The notes beneath the pieces were generated by a model, which worked only from the letters and a program-made list of their open reading frames with translations, was not told the origin of the DNA and made no database searches. Below are positions 26,226 to 39,455 of a DNA stretch of 64,000 bases, piece after piece. The translations under genes were made by a program, and so were the position numbers. Positions within the stretch are counted from its first letter, which is position 1. Each line of letters starts with the position of its first letter. Origin of the DNA: Takakia lepidozioides (taxonomy: Eukaryota; Plantae; Bryophyta); the NCBI GenBank assembly GCA_030704615.1, contig CM060734.1:38688001-38752000 (forward strand), read 5' to 3'.

Positions 26226-26749
26226 AGCAACGGAGGTTGCAGACAATGGTGGCTACTTCTGCACTCCCATTTGGTATTGTATCCCCTCTGCCAACCGGGA
26301 CGGTTGAGGCAGTGAGTGGGGGCGAGCATAGGATCATGGGGTGCAAACACCCATGGCAGATGTGGGATGAGATGCGGAAAGAGAGAGTCATTGGATCTCT
26401 CAAGCAGCAATATGAGGAGTGGGGAGAGCCATACACTGAGGATCAGTTGGAGGCCAAGGTGGCCAATGTCTTTGAAGAGGTTGAGAATGTTTCTTCCCCA
26501 GAGGATGTTCTCAAGGTGGTTATGGCAGAGCAAGTGGAGGCTACGCCACAGTCAGATTGGGCGGACAAGGCCCAAGAGTTTGCTATCTAGCAACCAAAGG
26601 ATTCGTCTCCTACCCCCAAGCCTGATGTACCTAAGGTTGCAGTCACTGAGGACAATTGGGAACCAGATGTTGGACCTACAGTCACCAGAGGAGAGAGACG
26701 GAGGATCCAGCGATTTCTAAGGGCTTATAGAAATTGCTTTGCCTTCGGT

Positions 26750-28162
26750 TTGAAGGATTTTGGGAGTTTGAAGGGTCAGGAGATTCGTATTGATTTGGCA
26801 AGTGACACGCCAATCCTTCGAAGGCCCTACCGGTATAGTGACATGGAGAGGTCATTGATCCAGTCACGGACTATGGAGTTGTTCGGAGCTGGATTGGTGG
26901 AAATGTCAGGCGGGGAGTATGCCTCGGCAACGGTGATGCCAGCTAAGAAGGATATCTATGGCAATTGGACAGAAAGAAGGATGTGTGGGGACTATCGTCC
27001 TGTGAACCGTCAGACTAAGTCCGATAGATATGCCATGCCAACTCCAGAGGAAATCTTTGATGCCATTGGGCATGCGAAGGTGTTTAGCACATTGGACTTG
27101 CGATCCGGTTAGCACTAGTTGCCAATCAAAGAGGCTGACAAGCAAAAGACGGCATTCTAGGGGATTGATCAACATGGGAAGGATTGTTTGTACCAATGGC
27201 GCTTCCTACCGTTTGGGTTGAATAATGCTCCTGCAGAGTTTCAGAGGGTTATGGATAAGATTCTCGCGGGGCTAGACTTTGCCCGGTGTTACATTGATGA
27301 CATCATCGTCTTTAGTGCTACGGTTGAGGAGCATCAGAGACACCTTCAGGTGGTGTTTGAGCGCTTTGAGAGCGCATGGGTTGAAATTGCACCCTGGGAA
27401 GTGCAAGTTCTTCCACAACCAGATTGAGTATCTGGGCCACATGATATAATACCGTGGAGGATTGGGTATTCAAAAGACGAAGGTGGAGGCCATTGCACGC
27501 ATTCCATGCCCCATAGATGTTAGCAGAGTCGTGCTTTCATGGGGTTGACAAACTACTATCGATGGTTTGTCAAGGGATTTAACAGCATTGCAAAGGCTCT
27601 TACTAAGTTAACCAAGGTGGGTCAGGAGTGGCAGTGAGAGAAGAAGCAGGTGGAAGCCTTTGAGGAACTCAAGGCTCGATTGACTTCTGCACCTATTCTG
27701 AGGCGGCCTATTCGGGGGCGGCCTTTCCAGCTACATACGGATTGGAGTATGCTTGGGATTGGAGCAGTGCTCACACAGGTGGATGATGAGGGAAGAGAGT
27801 TCGTAGTGGCATATGCTAGCCGCTCAAACAATGATGCCAAGGCGAAGTAAAGTTCCTATGAAGGGGAGTGTCTAGCTGCGGTATGGGCAGTGGCACATTT
27901 CAGATGCTACCTCTATGGCAATCTCTTCACCCTTGTCACAGATCACCAACCATTGAAGTGGTTGATGGAGTCAGACAAGCTTACAGGGAAGCTTGCACGG
28001 TGGGCACTTATGCTTCAAGAATACGACTTTCAGGTGGTGCATCGAGCCGGTATTGTCAATCGGGATGCAGATGGATTGACTCGTAATCCATGCACGAGCG
28101 AGCATGATGATACTGGAGCTCGGTGGCATGGTGAGACGGATGAGGAGATGGTGCCAGGATGA
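26750..28162 (+). pseudogene. Gypsy reverse transcriptase and RNase H
   Basis: RMCGDYRPVN, FSTLDLRSG, LPFGLNNAPAEFQRVMD, YIDDIIVFS; RNase H LHTDWS...AYASRS...TDHQPLKWL...ADGLTR. Confidence 0.95.
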
Positions 28163-28474
28163 CATGCATCTGCTTTTTTGTGCATCTTAGCAATGGGAGC
28201 TCAAGCTGGTCCATCCCATAGCATTGGTCATGTAGATGGTATGCATGACGATCCGGAGATCAGTGAGGAGCTTGGTGGTGCTAAGGATGTGCATGAAGAT
28301 GCAGCAGTATTGGCCTACCTTCGTACTAGAGAGACAGCAGCCAGTGTGACTGCTAAGGAGAGAGATCAGATCCTACAACGAGCCAAGAGGTTCAAGTAGG
28401 AGGGGACTCACCTACTCCGAGTATGGGAGGATGGACAAGTGAGGATTGTGCCTCATCCAACACAATGAGCGCGA

Positions 28475-29530
28475 TTGGTACGCCATGCCCATGAGGAGTT
28501 GGGACATTTTGGGATGCGGCGCACTCATAGTTTGCTGCAAGGACAGTACTGGTGGCAGGGCATGCATACGGATGTGCAACAGTTAGTGGCAAGGTGCATG
28601 GTGTGTGATAGAGTGCGAGTTTCTTTCAATGCACCTACTCCACGATTGCATCCTTTACCCATTATGGGTTTGGGCTATCGTTGGAGTCTTGACTTCGCAG
28701 GCCCATTGCCACTAACAATTCGCCATAACAAGTATGTGCTGGTGATGGTGGAACATTTCTCCAAGTGGATTGAACTGGTGGCATTGCCTGACAAGGCAAG
28801 TGAGGGGGCTGCGTATGCATTCTTAGATCGAGTGCTTAGCCAATTTGGTGCTCCAGCCGAGGTACTCACGGACCAGAAGAGAGAGTTCTTGGGGGAGTTT
28901 TAGGCTTTCTATGAGCAAGCCTTGATAGATCACCGCACTACTTCTCGGGATCATCCCGAGGCTGATGGCCTGGCAGAGAGGGTTGTACAAACAATCAAGC
29001 GAGGCTTGCGCAAGTATGGCTTGTAGAAGGGACACTTAGGAGATTGGGACCTTCAGCAACCTTGGTTGGCCGTGGGCTACAGGTTTAGCAAACAAACATC
29101 ACTTCCCTCGTTCTTGCCGTATTTCCATCTCTTTGGCCGAGAGCCAGATTTGCCTGCATCTATTCGCAGGGAGACTGCAGTAGTTCTCAACCTTGATGAT
29201 TAGGATGTGTGGACACAAGCATGTGCCCAGCGGGCAGAGTTGTTCAAGAAAGTCATGCCTATGGCTTTTGAGAACCTTGCTATTGCCCAACACCGAGACA
29301 CATTGAGGTATGCCACTATATGTAGAGGGGGATATCGGCCAAGTGTTCGGCGTTTCCACCCTGGGGACTATGTGTATCTGCAGTAGACAACGCCTACGAC
29401 TTTGGATGTCACAGCAGGGCGTGTGATTCTAATGGTCCGGGAGGTGTTGCCTTCAGGAGTGTTGATTCTGGAGGGTCGAGATGGCATGGTATGGAAGGAC
29501 CGTGTGCGCAATTGTGCGCCATGTCACCTT
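28475..29530 (+). pseudogene. Gypsy integrase (HHCC zinc finger, DDE core)
   Basis: HEELGHFG...CMVC, WSLDFAGPL, VEHFSKW, VLTDQ...EF, HPEADGLAER. Confidence 0.93.
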
Positions 29531-29533
29531 TGA

Positions 29534-29737
<204 letters not shown>

Positions 29738-29985
29738 TGGGCATGACAATGGTGGAATTGACAAATGATCCAAGGTCTAGCTGATGGGAGCTCAACACCA
29801 TGGATACTTAATTGAAGATCATGGATTGCAGGAAGGCGAGTAATGATGGGGGCTACTTTGGCACCCGGCCTCTTGATCTATTGACTTTAGATATTGGGAC
29901 ATATGCGATTGACCAAGCGATGCCTTTATTGAGATGTATACTTGTCAGCTATCCGGTGTTAGAGAGACCTAATCACTAGCTAGGA

Positions 29986-30546
29986 GGGCGATTGTGGCAT
30001 AGCTTTCTAGGATTGTGTGCTTAGAATGTATGGTGGACAACGATGTATGTTGTGGCACAATGCTTAGGTGCACGAGAGCTGTCATGGTTTTAGTCATGGT
30101 TAACTAGAATTACCTACTTCTAGTTAACTAAGAAATTTTGGATTTATATTTGTATTTTGTGTGTTAGGACTTCATTTGGTCTCACATGCCAAGTGAGGTG
30201 TCAAACCTCACTTGGGACATGGGGATGGGTTTTCCCCTTGTCAGTGTTGAGGAGGGCTCATCTTCTTGTAGTTGAGCCTCCATGAGCCTCTCCCATCTCC
30301 ATAGCTCTAGGTATTGAGAGGGAGTGTGGTGAGGGCTTTGTAGGGTGGATTCATTTAGCAAAGGTGCCCTTGGCTTGACTTAGTTTATGTGATTGAGTGG
30401 ATTCATGAGTGGAGTGTTTCCATTGTGTGTTCACATCCATCACCTATGCTTGTGGGGCGATTGTGGCATAACTTTCTAGTATTGTGTGCTTAGAATGTAT
30501 GGTGGACAATGATGTATGTTGTCGCACGATGCTTAGGTGCACGACA
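29986..30546 (+). repeat. 3' terminal block B1(29986-30077)-gc-A2(30080-30454)-B2(30455-30546)
   Basis: 92-bp B (gggcgattgtggcata...gcttaggtgcacga(g/c)a) occurs on both sides of A2. Confidence 0.9.
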
Positions 30547-31640
30547 CACTGCATCTAGTTAAACCACCTTGCTGCACCCGCTCTTGAATTACATGTCCAC
30601 CCAAGGTAGGGTTCAGAATGACATCTGATACAATTTCAGCTCTTACGATGTCACCATGGACTTCTTTGCCCTTTTCAAAAGGGTATCAGGAGAGAAAGAA
30701 CTCCCTCTCTCTCTCTCTATCTCTCTCTCTCTTCCTTAAGCTCCCGACGCGATGAATTCGAGGTCAGATGGTGGGGTCAGCTGCAACGTATGACTAATAC
30801 CCGATATCCTAAGTTAATCGACTCTATATCTTGGAAGCAGGACTGCCCAGTAGATTTCAAATAGTTTGGATTCTAATTTAATGTCCCAGTAGCTATATAA
30901 ACTATTCTAAGTGTCAAATTGGTTGTACGAGGAAGAACAAGCTCATATGAAATGTGATGGGACATACAACTTGTTGTTAGGTGCTGGTAAAATGCAGGGA
31001 GAACATTCTACTGTTCGGATGGATCCCACCTGCCAGCTGCAGCATAATATTTGATAGCAACACATAAGTCGCGGCATCCTATTCATTCGACGTGAGGATA
31101 GATGTTGCCGCACGTTCAGCCATCTCCACATTGTCATGGATTCTGTAGGCACCAAGCAAGGCCTTCCACACCACAACATCTGGATTGATGGCATTTTATT
31201 AATTAGGTCCATTGCCTCATCCAGTTGTCCCGGTCCACGAGGGTATTGTTTAGAATCACATCTGGTACAATTGTACCAGATGTGATTCTGAACAAAACCC
31301 TCGTGGACATATATTGATTGAATTGATATGAATTGATTCCAGCTTTTGCGATGCAACCATGCACCTCTTTGCCCTTTTCCAGGGCTGCCAGGCTTGCACA
31401 CGGACTGCAACCGCACACAAATATGATGAGGTCGGGCTTCACCCCTTCCCCCATCATTTGCTCATAGGTCTCCAAAGCCTCCCTTCCGCGCCCATGCTGT
31501 GCATACCCTGCAAGCATCGCACTCCACGACACCATATCTCATTTAGCCATAGTGTTGAACACTTTCTTTTCATTCTCAAAGCACCCACATTTGACATACA
31601 TGTCCACCAAGGCAGTGTTCAAAATTATATCTGGTAATCT
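30547..31640 (-). pseudogene. PLS-E PPR pseudogene fragments (right part of the interrupted copy plus a second degenerate copy)
   Basis: NTALVDMYVKCG, VSWSAMLAGYAQHGRGREALETYEQM, ASLAALEKGKEVHG, GQLDEAMDLINKMP and E-domain remnants; frameshifts. Confidence 0.8.
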
Positions 31641-34600
31641 GACAGGCATTCACATTTTTCCCTTGGTTGTTCCACCATTGACTGGGGTCAGAAAAGTACT
31701 CACTGCATAGCTTCTCCTCGTCTCTGCTACCTGTTTCTGGATACTTTCCTATTGTCACATTGGCAGTATCATGTCAAAGCCACTCCAAATTAACTCAACC
31801 AGCTAACTTGCAGAATTCAACATGAAATTTTGGGGCCGATTCTGATAAAAGGGAAAAACAGGGTGAACGGTGTTGAAGAAGGTGCCTTGATTAGTAGTGC
31901 CTCATTTTATCAATTGTGCCTCTGCTGCTGCTGCGGCTTCTAGTTGACCATCTACACACACTACAAGAGATGAGCGTTTTTAGGACTACGTCTTTGGCGG
32001 AGTCATAAAAACTGCACTAGGTAGATGACTACAGAGCGTTGAAATGCATTGCAGTCATAGTTTTATGACTTTGTAGTAATGGATATCACTACATGACTCC
32101 GGAAAGTTAGGGAGCATTGGTCAAACATTGTTGACCATGATGACAGGGATGGTTTATATGACTAGTGTGATATGTTTGACTACACGTGGACGACGTTTCA
32201 TGGAATCTTATGACTCCATGACTGAAGATGGTTTCACAGCTCTATTTATACGACTACATCACTACACGTGTTCATTTTGAAGGCACATATAATGCAAATA
32301 AGGTTGCCCATTAGGTTTAAAAAAAATAAAAAATTGCTAATAAGGTTGCCCATTAGGGTAATCGTGAACAGAAAGGAGGGCTGGGACTTGGCGTTTTTTT
32401 GTCTCCTGCGCCACACCACATAGCCGAGGGATGGAACGCGATGATAGCAGGATATGCAGGGGCGTGGGATGGAGGCGTTGAGCAAATGATGCACGAAAAA
32501 GAAGAAGAGGAGGAGACGAGACGAGGAGAAGCGAGCTCGCCGTTCTTGGGAGAGTCAGCTTGGTCTTAGCATGCGTGTTTCAATCTCTGACTACTCAGCT
32601 ACGCCGTAGTGGTTCGATCTCACAGACCAATCCGACATTACCTGACTACAGACACAAGCAGCACACACAAGAGGTCATTTTAGGTTGATGGTCGGTCAAA
32701 TCCTCCATGGGTCAGGACAGGTCAAGGACAATGTGGTAGGGTACCTTCTTCTTCAACCTATTTCAGCCTGTGTTGCCCTCTCATCAGACTCGGCCGCAAG
32801 ATGCATATTGAAATATGTAAGTTAGGTCATTGGGTAGATCTGTGGTGGTTTGGAGTGACTTTGGCAAGTTACTGCCAGTGTGGCAGCATGGAAGTATCCA
32901 AAAATATATAATAGAGGTGAGGAGAAGCTTTGGGGTGAACACTTTCCGGCCCCAGTCAATGGTGGGACAATAGAGACAAAAAAGCGAATGCCTGTTGGAC
33001 TACATAGAGAAGCAGATGCATTTCAGATTGTGATAAGTAGGGTTGGGGTGTTTTGGGGAAGAACTCCACACCAGTATGGTTGGGGTGTTTGCTGGTAGAA
33101 TTCTAGGCTGTCAGAGGCATGGATAGCTGAAGGAGCAGGGATAGAGTGTGGGTCCAGATTCATCCAAGAGGGCTGGATTTCAAGCTCCACATTACCTATG
33201 ATTCCCTGTGGAAGGATAGCTACAAGAAACCTACATGGGTAGATGGTCAACTGGAAGCGGCAGCAGCAGCGGCACAATTGATAAGGTCAGGCACTTCTAC
33301 TGAAGGCACCTCCTTCAGCACATTTCACCCTGTTTTTCCCTCTTATCCGTTTCTTGCGAGCTGTCTTCTCTTATCTGTTTGTCTGCCCAGTCTTCAGTGA
33401 ATGCGTCAAGGCTTTGTGTTTTGGCTTCTTCCTCGCTTTTGTCATCCTCTCCCATGAATATCTCTGGTGCGCTCAAACCCTGCTGAGCTGTAGATGTTGT
33501 CCATGCCAATGCATTCTTCTTCACCAAATCCATGTTTTTGCCCTAAATCCTTGATGTCTTGGCTGGATTTCTGCAGAATAGGCATCCCATCCCCTATTTT
33601 GGCCTTCTTTGCACTTCCCCGTGTCAACATGTTGATGTGGGGTGTTGTTGTAGTCTTATTGGAGTGTGATCACTTATATGGTATATCTCGTCCAACTCAT
33701 CCAGTGCCTCCAGCTCATTATGAGTGAACTGACATGATACTTGTGTTGTTGGTTGCATCATGTACTCCGTGCTTGGCAATGGGTAAGCTTCTCCTCCTTC
33801 CACGTACTCATTGATCACTGCAAAAGGTACTCCATACATCTTCCCTTGAGGTCCTGCCCCTTTTTTTGCTTCTGTGATTGGTTCAGCTTTGCTGGAAGTT
33901 TGCCAAGATCCATGTTGGGTTAGTGTGTGACGACTGTGTCTCATGTTATTACAGATTTTAGACAATGTTCTTTGTTTGGGCCTTCTAATGCCTTGTCTGA
34001 TGGACTCAGGTTTGTCAAAATCAACTTGTATCCACTCTGCTTCCATGTTGTTGCTGTCAGTAGCTTGTTCTTTTGCCAGCTGAACCCCGACAGGGCCTGG
34101 GTCTTCCCTTCTGCCCGCATCAGAGCATTTCGCAATGTCTATAGTTGCTTCATCCTTCCTCAACTCCGCCCTCTCTTTGGCAGGTTGCGCACCTTCACCA
34201 CCTTTGTTGTTTTTTTATTTGCACATGGTATCTGCTGCTTGCGTATCCTCATTGTAGTATTGAATATGCCCTGTAGGCATTGGCCTTACAAAGCCATTGT
34301 GCTCACTCTGGGTTTGGGTCATAGAACTTGGTTGTCATTGTCAGCTGCTAGCAGCAAGGCGAGGATGTATGCATGATTTGTGCAGGGGCATGGATAGCTG
34401 AAGGAGCAGGGATAGATGTGTGGGTCCACATTCATCCAAGAGGGCCGGATTTCAAGCTCCATATTACCTATGATTCCCTATGGAAGGATAGGTACAAGAA
34501 ACCTGCATGGGTAGATGATCAACTGGAAGCCGCAGCAGCAGCGGCACAATTGATCAAATCAGGCCGTAAGTATTGCACTGTTTAACAGGGTCCTTGATTC

Positions 34601-37220
34601 TAGTAGCACCAGAACAAACTAGTATTACAACAATTCAGCCCATGTGTGGGCTTGCTTATTTTTTGCTTACTGGACCTTTTCAGGCATGGATTTTTGGACC
34701 TTGTGACCTTTGAGGTGTCCATTGGGACATTGGTCTCATTTGGATTTTTGTAATATAATTTACAGGGCGTGTATTTCCCTGTACTTGTCTATTTTGAATG
34801 TCCTTGTGGTTGCTAGTATGCAAGAGGGGTCCATTCTATTTTTATATCAGAATTTCACCATATAATGAAGAATTTAAATTATTTAATCTATTTTTATTTT
34901 ATATAACATTATTAAATTAAACATTAATACCATTTAATAAAAAATTCCAAGCTGCTATCCCCTTATTTCAAAAATAAAATATAAATTTAAGAATTTAAAA
35001 TTACAAATATAACTATTAAATTATTTTCAGAGACATTCTTGATGACACGTGGCATAAACCCTGCCATATATGCTAGTCATATATTATGTCTAAGTGCCAC
35101 ATCTGAAGTGCAACAGGTGTCGTGACGTGTCGCTTGCGCAGTGGTGTACGTGTTCCTCTAAAGCCTCTCCATGTAGGCAACGCTCATCAGACAATGTAGT
35201 CATATAGTTAGTCGTATGTAAGTCATAGAGTTGTAACTACATCACTCTCTTATGCATGACTCCAGGTGCCACGCACGCAGTCACGGCTATCACTTGCAAA
35301 ATGCAGTCCTAAAGACTAGTCGCTATGACACGGCTTTTTTCACTATAGAGTGATGTAGTCATGAACGCATATAGGACTGAAAAAATAGTCATATGTGCAG
35401 TCATAAAAACGCTCATCTATTGTAGTGACATGCAAGTATCTTGTAGCTATCCTTCCACAGGAATCAGAGGTAATCTGGAGCTTCTAATCCGGCCCTCTTG
35501 GATGAATCTGGACCCACACTCTATCCCTGCTCTTTCAGCTATCCATGCCTCTGCACGAATCATGCCTACATCCTTGCCTTGCTCCCAACCATACTTCTCA
35601 CACTAGTTTCTATGTTGACTTGCATCTGCTTCCAACATACATTCACCGTTTTGCCTCGATTGTTCCACCATTGACTAGGGTCGGAAAGTTACGTGTTCAT
35701 TCCAGAGCTTCTCCTCGTCTCCGTTATCTGTTTTTTGATACTTTCTTGTTGCCACATTGCCAGTAACATGTCAAAATCACTCCAAAACCACCATAGAGAC
35801 GAGCTAACTTGCAGAATTCAGCATGAAAATTTAGGGACGACTTTGATAATAGGGAAAAACAAGCTGAAATGTGTTGAAGAAGGTGCCTTCATTATACTCA
35901 ATTGTGCTGCTGCCGTTGTTGTTTCCAGCTGACCATCTACCCACACAGATTTCTTGTAGCTATTGATCCACAGGGAATCAAAAGTAATCTTGTGTTTGAA
36001 ATCCAACCCCCTTGGATGAATCTGGACCTCTATCCTTGGTCCTTCAACCAACTAACTTGCAGATTTCAACATGGAAATTTAGGGCCGATTCTGATAAGAG
36101 GGAAAAACAGGGTGAAATGTGTTGAAGAAGGTGCCTTCATTAGCAGTGCCTGATTTTATCCATTGTGCCACTGCTGCTGCGGCTTCCAGTTGACCATATG
36201 CCTTCCACATCATAGGTAATCTGGAGCTTGAAATCCGGCCCTCTTGGATGAATATGGGCCCACATTCTATCCTTGCTAGCAGCTGAAGCAGCTGACACTG
36301 ATGGCATGAAGTTCTTCCAGCAAACACCCCAACCCTACCTATAGTAACATGTCAAAATCACTCCAAAACCGCCATAGATCCACCAACGAGCTTCTCCTCA
36401 TCTATGTTATCTATTTTTTGATATTTTCATGCTGCCACATCGGCAGTAACTTGTCAAAGTCACTCCTAACCATCACAGATCCACCCAACGAGCTAACTTA
36501 CAGAAATCAATATGCATCTCAAGGCCGAGTCTAATGAGAGGGTAAAACAGGCAGAAATAGGTTGAAGAAGAAGGTTCCCTCACCACATTGTCCTTGACCT
36601 TGTGTCATGACCCATGGAGGATTTGACCGAACATCAACCCAAAAATGACCTCTTGCGTGTGCAGCTTGTGTCTGCAACATTCAAAATGAAATCTGGTAAT
36701 TTGACAGGCAATCACCTTTTTGCCTCGTTTGTCCCACCATTGGCTGGGGTCAGAAAATATTCATCCCACAGCTTCTCCTCATCTCTGTTACCTGTTTTTG
36801 GATACTTTCCTGTTGTTACATTGGCAGTATCATGTCAAAGTCACTCCAAACTACCAAAGGTTCACTCAACCAGCTAACTTGCAGAATTCAACTTGGAAAT
36901 TTAGGGCCAATTCTGATAAGAGGGGAAAACAGGGTGAAATGTGTTGAAGAAGGTGTATTCTCCTCACCTATGTTATCTGTTTTTGGATACTTTCCTGCTG
37001 CCACATCGGCAGTAACTTATCAAAGTCACTCCTAACCACCACAGATCCCCCCAACGAGCTAAAGTAAAAAATTCAATATGCATATCAGGGCCGAGTCTAA
37101 TGAGGGGGCAAAACAGACTGAAATAGGTCAAAGAAGAAGCTGCCCTCACCACATTGTCCTTGACCTTGTGTCATGACCCATGGAGGATTTGACCGACCAT
37201 CACCTCTTGTGTGTGCTGCT
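31640..37220 (-). repeat. Scrambled array of OSB/PTAC9-type PDF-motif fragments and flanking modules (several partial copies)
   Basis: Repeated EEKL(W/C).EYFSDPSQWW(D/N).R.K (~31680, ~35670, ~36740) and IHPRG(P/L)DFK(L/H)(H/K)IT.DSLW...KK..WVDGQLEAAAAAAQL (~31930 continuing at 35430, ~35950, ~36200). Confidence 0.75.
31959..35427. mobile_element. Non-autonomous CACTA (En/Spm) element with captured sequence
   Basis: TIRs CACTACAAGAGATGAGCGTTTTTA / TAAAAACGCTCATCTATTGTAGTG; 3-bp TSD ACA; subterminal gactac/gtagtc repeats; no transposase visible. Confidence 0.92.
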
Positions 37221-37890
37221 TGTGTACCCTCCCAAGAACTTGATAAACATCAGGAAGAGTACGCACAGGAGCCAAGAGCGCGTAGCAGAAGTGGGAGCAG
37301 CAGCGAGTACCAACAGGAGCCAAGAGCACGCAGTAGAAGTGGGAGAAGGTGCACGCAACGGATGATAGGGCTTAGTGAGGCGGAAAAAAAACAGACGCAA
37401 AAGGATTTGAGCACGCAATGGCGCGGCGGGTAAGTAGAGACCTTACCAGTACGGTACATACAAACATATGTAACTTACCTCCAGATATATATATATATAT
37501 ATATACATATATTTTAGGGATTCTTCAGCCCCTTTCTATATACTTCCAAATAGATTAAATGTATTCATAAATTTAACGAAAAGATGGATTGTGTCTCATT
37601 TTGATGCATCAAGCAAATTTGGATTATAAATGTTGTTTAAGAAACAAATCTATTTTTTGGTCATTTATGTAATCTCGTAAATAGGTTTTCATGGCTAGCA
37701 TGCATTCTACACACTAGCCAACCATACCATGCATCACCATTCCAAACAAAATAGGACGCACAACATTTGGAAACCATTTCATTTATAAACAAAATTTGTA
37801 CAACACAAGTTTTTACAGTCGGATTCCTGAGCTAGCTAAGCCGGACTAAGCATGCATTTCCTTCCCCACGATCCAAGGTTGATGTCCCCA

Positions 37891-38370
37891 TCAACGCTTC
37901 TTCCGCTTCCGAGGTCGCCCTTCGAAAGCTGCAACCGCCTCGGATGCGTTTCCCATTTCTGAGGCACGCATCCAAGTTGTCTCCACTTGATGATAGCCCT
38001 TCCATTTCACGAGATATTCCGTTTCGTGATTTTGGATGTCCTTGAAGGTGTCGGGTTCCTTAGGCTTCACCTTAAATTTTGCCTTAGTGGAAGTGGCATT
38101 AGCCGCCCTCATCACGTCTTTCAACGTCCCGCCAAACTGCGCCAACAACCCTCCCCAAAAGGCTGCAGACATCTGTTGGTCTGGCAGAGCCTCTGGGAAG
38201 TCATCGGGCTCCGACTCCCCAAATTCCTCCCGTTCTTGAGCGGCCTCGCTTTCAGAAGCATAAATTGTCTCTTCCAATTGCCACTTCGGTGACATGTCGC
38301 CCCCACCGGGCTCACCAGGATCATCATCTTTTGGGCCGTTCTGCTTTCGTTTTGTCTTGCCCGACCCCAT
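37891..38370 (-). CDS. Gag N-terminus fused in frame to a partial chromodomain (~159 aa)
   Basis: ATG at 38370; ...KVKPKEPDTF joined to KDIQNHETEYLVKWKGY...TW; open to the stop at 37891. Confidence 0.55.
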   Translation of the reverse strand: MGSGKTKRKQNGPKDDDPGEPGGGDMSPKWQLEETIYASESEAAQEREEFGESEPDDFPEALPDQQMSAAFWGGLLAQFGGTLKDVMRAANATSTKAKFKVKPKEPDTFKDIQNHETEYLVKWKGYHQVETTWMRASEMGNASEAVAAFEGRPRKRKKR

Positions 38371-38979
38371 GATGAGGCCGATCTCAAGGACGATCGCGTA
38401 CTGAACTCTAAGCTCTGATACCAAGTGTGGTGCACCTCACTTCGGTAAGCTCCCCTTAACGTCATAGTTACTCGCTTTGATGCGCGTGCCTAATTCCCAA
38501 ACTGGCCGCCGGGCCAATTCGGAGTTTCAGCTGCTCACCGGGACATAACGGTCCCCTTTTGCTCCTCCACAAGACCCTCGCTCACTTTGGGCCTAGTGGA
38601 AATTCCCTTTGGTTGCTGGCAGTCCGGAACAACTCCCCATACCTTGGTCGTTTTCCGGCTCACACACTTACTTACTAGTTTTTGGTCACTAACGGGCTTG
38701 CACCGTTCTTGGGGTTACTACTCCCTATATATACTTCTATGACTGTCCGCGGGGGTTTCACAAATAACACCATCCTTTTATGATGAACCACCACGAAGAC
38801 CCTTGACTCCCGGTGATGAGTCGCGGTGAGTCTTGGCCCACCCACCACGGCCCAATGGACCGTGATGAGTCCCAAGACTCCCCACGACTCCCACCACAAG
38901 GTCTCCGCCCCATGGTGAGTCCTATGCCACCCCCACTAAGACCCACTAAGCTACCACCACCCCTCGTGGAACCAAATTG

Positions 38980-39455
38980 GTATCCTTCTGCCATGCTCCC
39001 CTCGGGCCTTGCCATGTTTCTTACGTAGCCCTTCATATCTTTCATTGCCCGCTCCATGGGGTACATCCAACGAGATGCTACGGGCCCGCATAAGTACAAC
39101 TCATCCACTAGGTGAACAACCAGATGTGTCATCACATCAAAAAATGATGGTGGGAACTCCTTCTCTATAAGACACAAAGTGAGAACTGCTTCAGTTCTCA
39201 ATTCCTCATACTCTACAGGATTCACCACTTTTGCACACAACTTCTTAAATACACGACATACTCGCAAAATGGCCCTTCGAGGACCACTTGGCATGAGCCC
39301 ACGGATAGCAAGCGGTATAATTTGCTGCATGAGCACATGATAGTCATGTGATTTCATGCCAGACAACTTCTTCTTCACCACATGCTTTTTGAAAGCTGAT
39401 GCGTAGCCTGTTGGCACTTTCAAGTTCTGCACAATCTCCAGAAAAGACTTGTAAC
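38980..39455 (-). pseudogene. CACTA transposase (TnpD, DUF4218 region) fragment embedded in the chromovirus LTR
   Basis: LKVPTGYAS...GMKSHDYHVLMQ...EKEFPPSFFDVMTHLVVHLVDE...GPVASRWMYPMER..K.MKGYVRNMARPEGSMAEGY. Confidence 0.9.

Noticed and set aside
33345-34370. ORF-like interior of the CACTA element as TnpA
   Set aside because: Broken frames and no diagnostic motif recognised
37700-37857. 3' LTR of the mini-chromovirus
   Set aside because: Sequence after the PPT-like tract does not convincingly match the solo LTR end at ~18972
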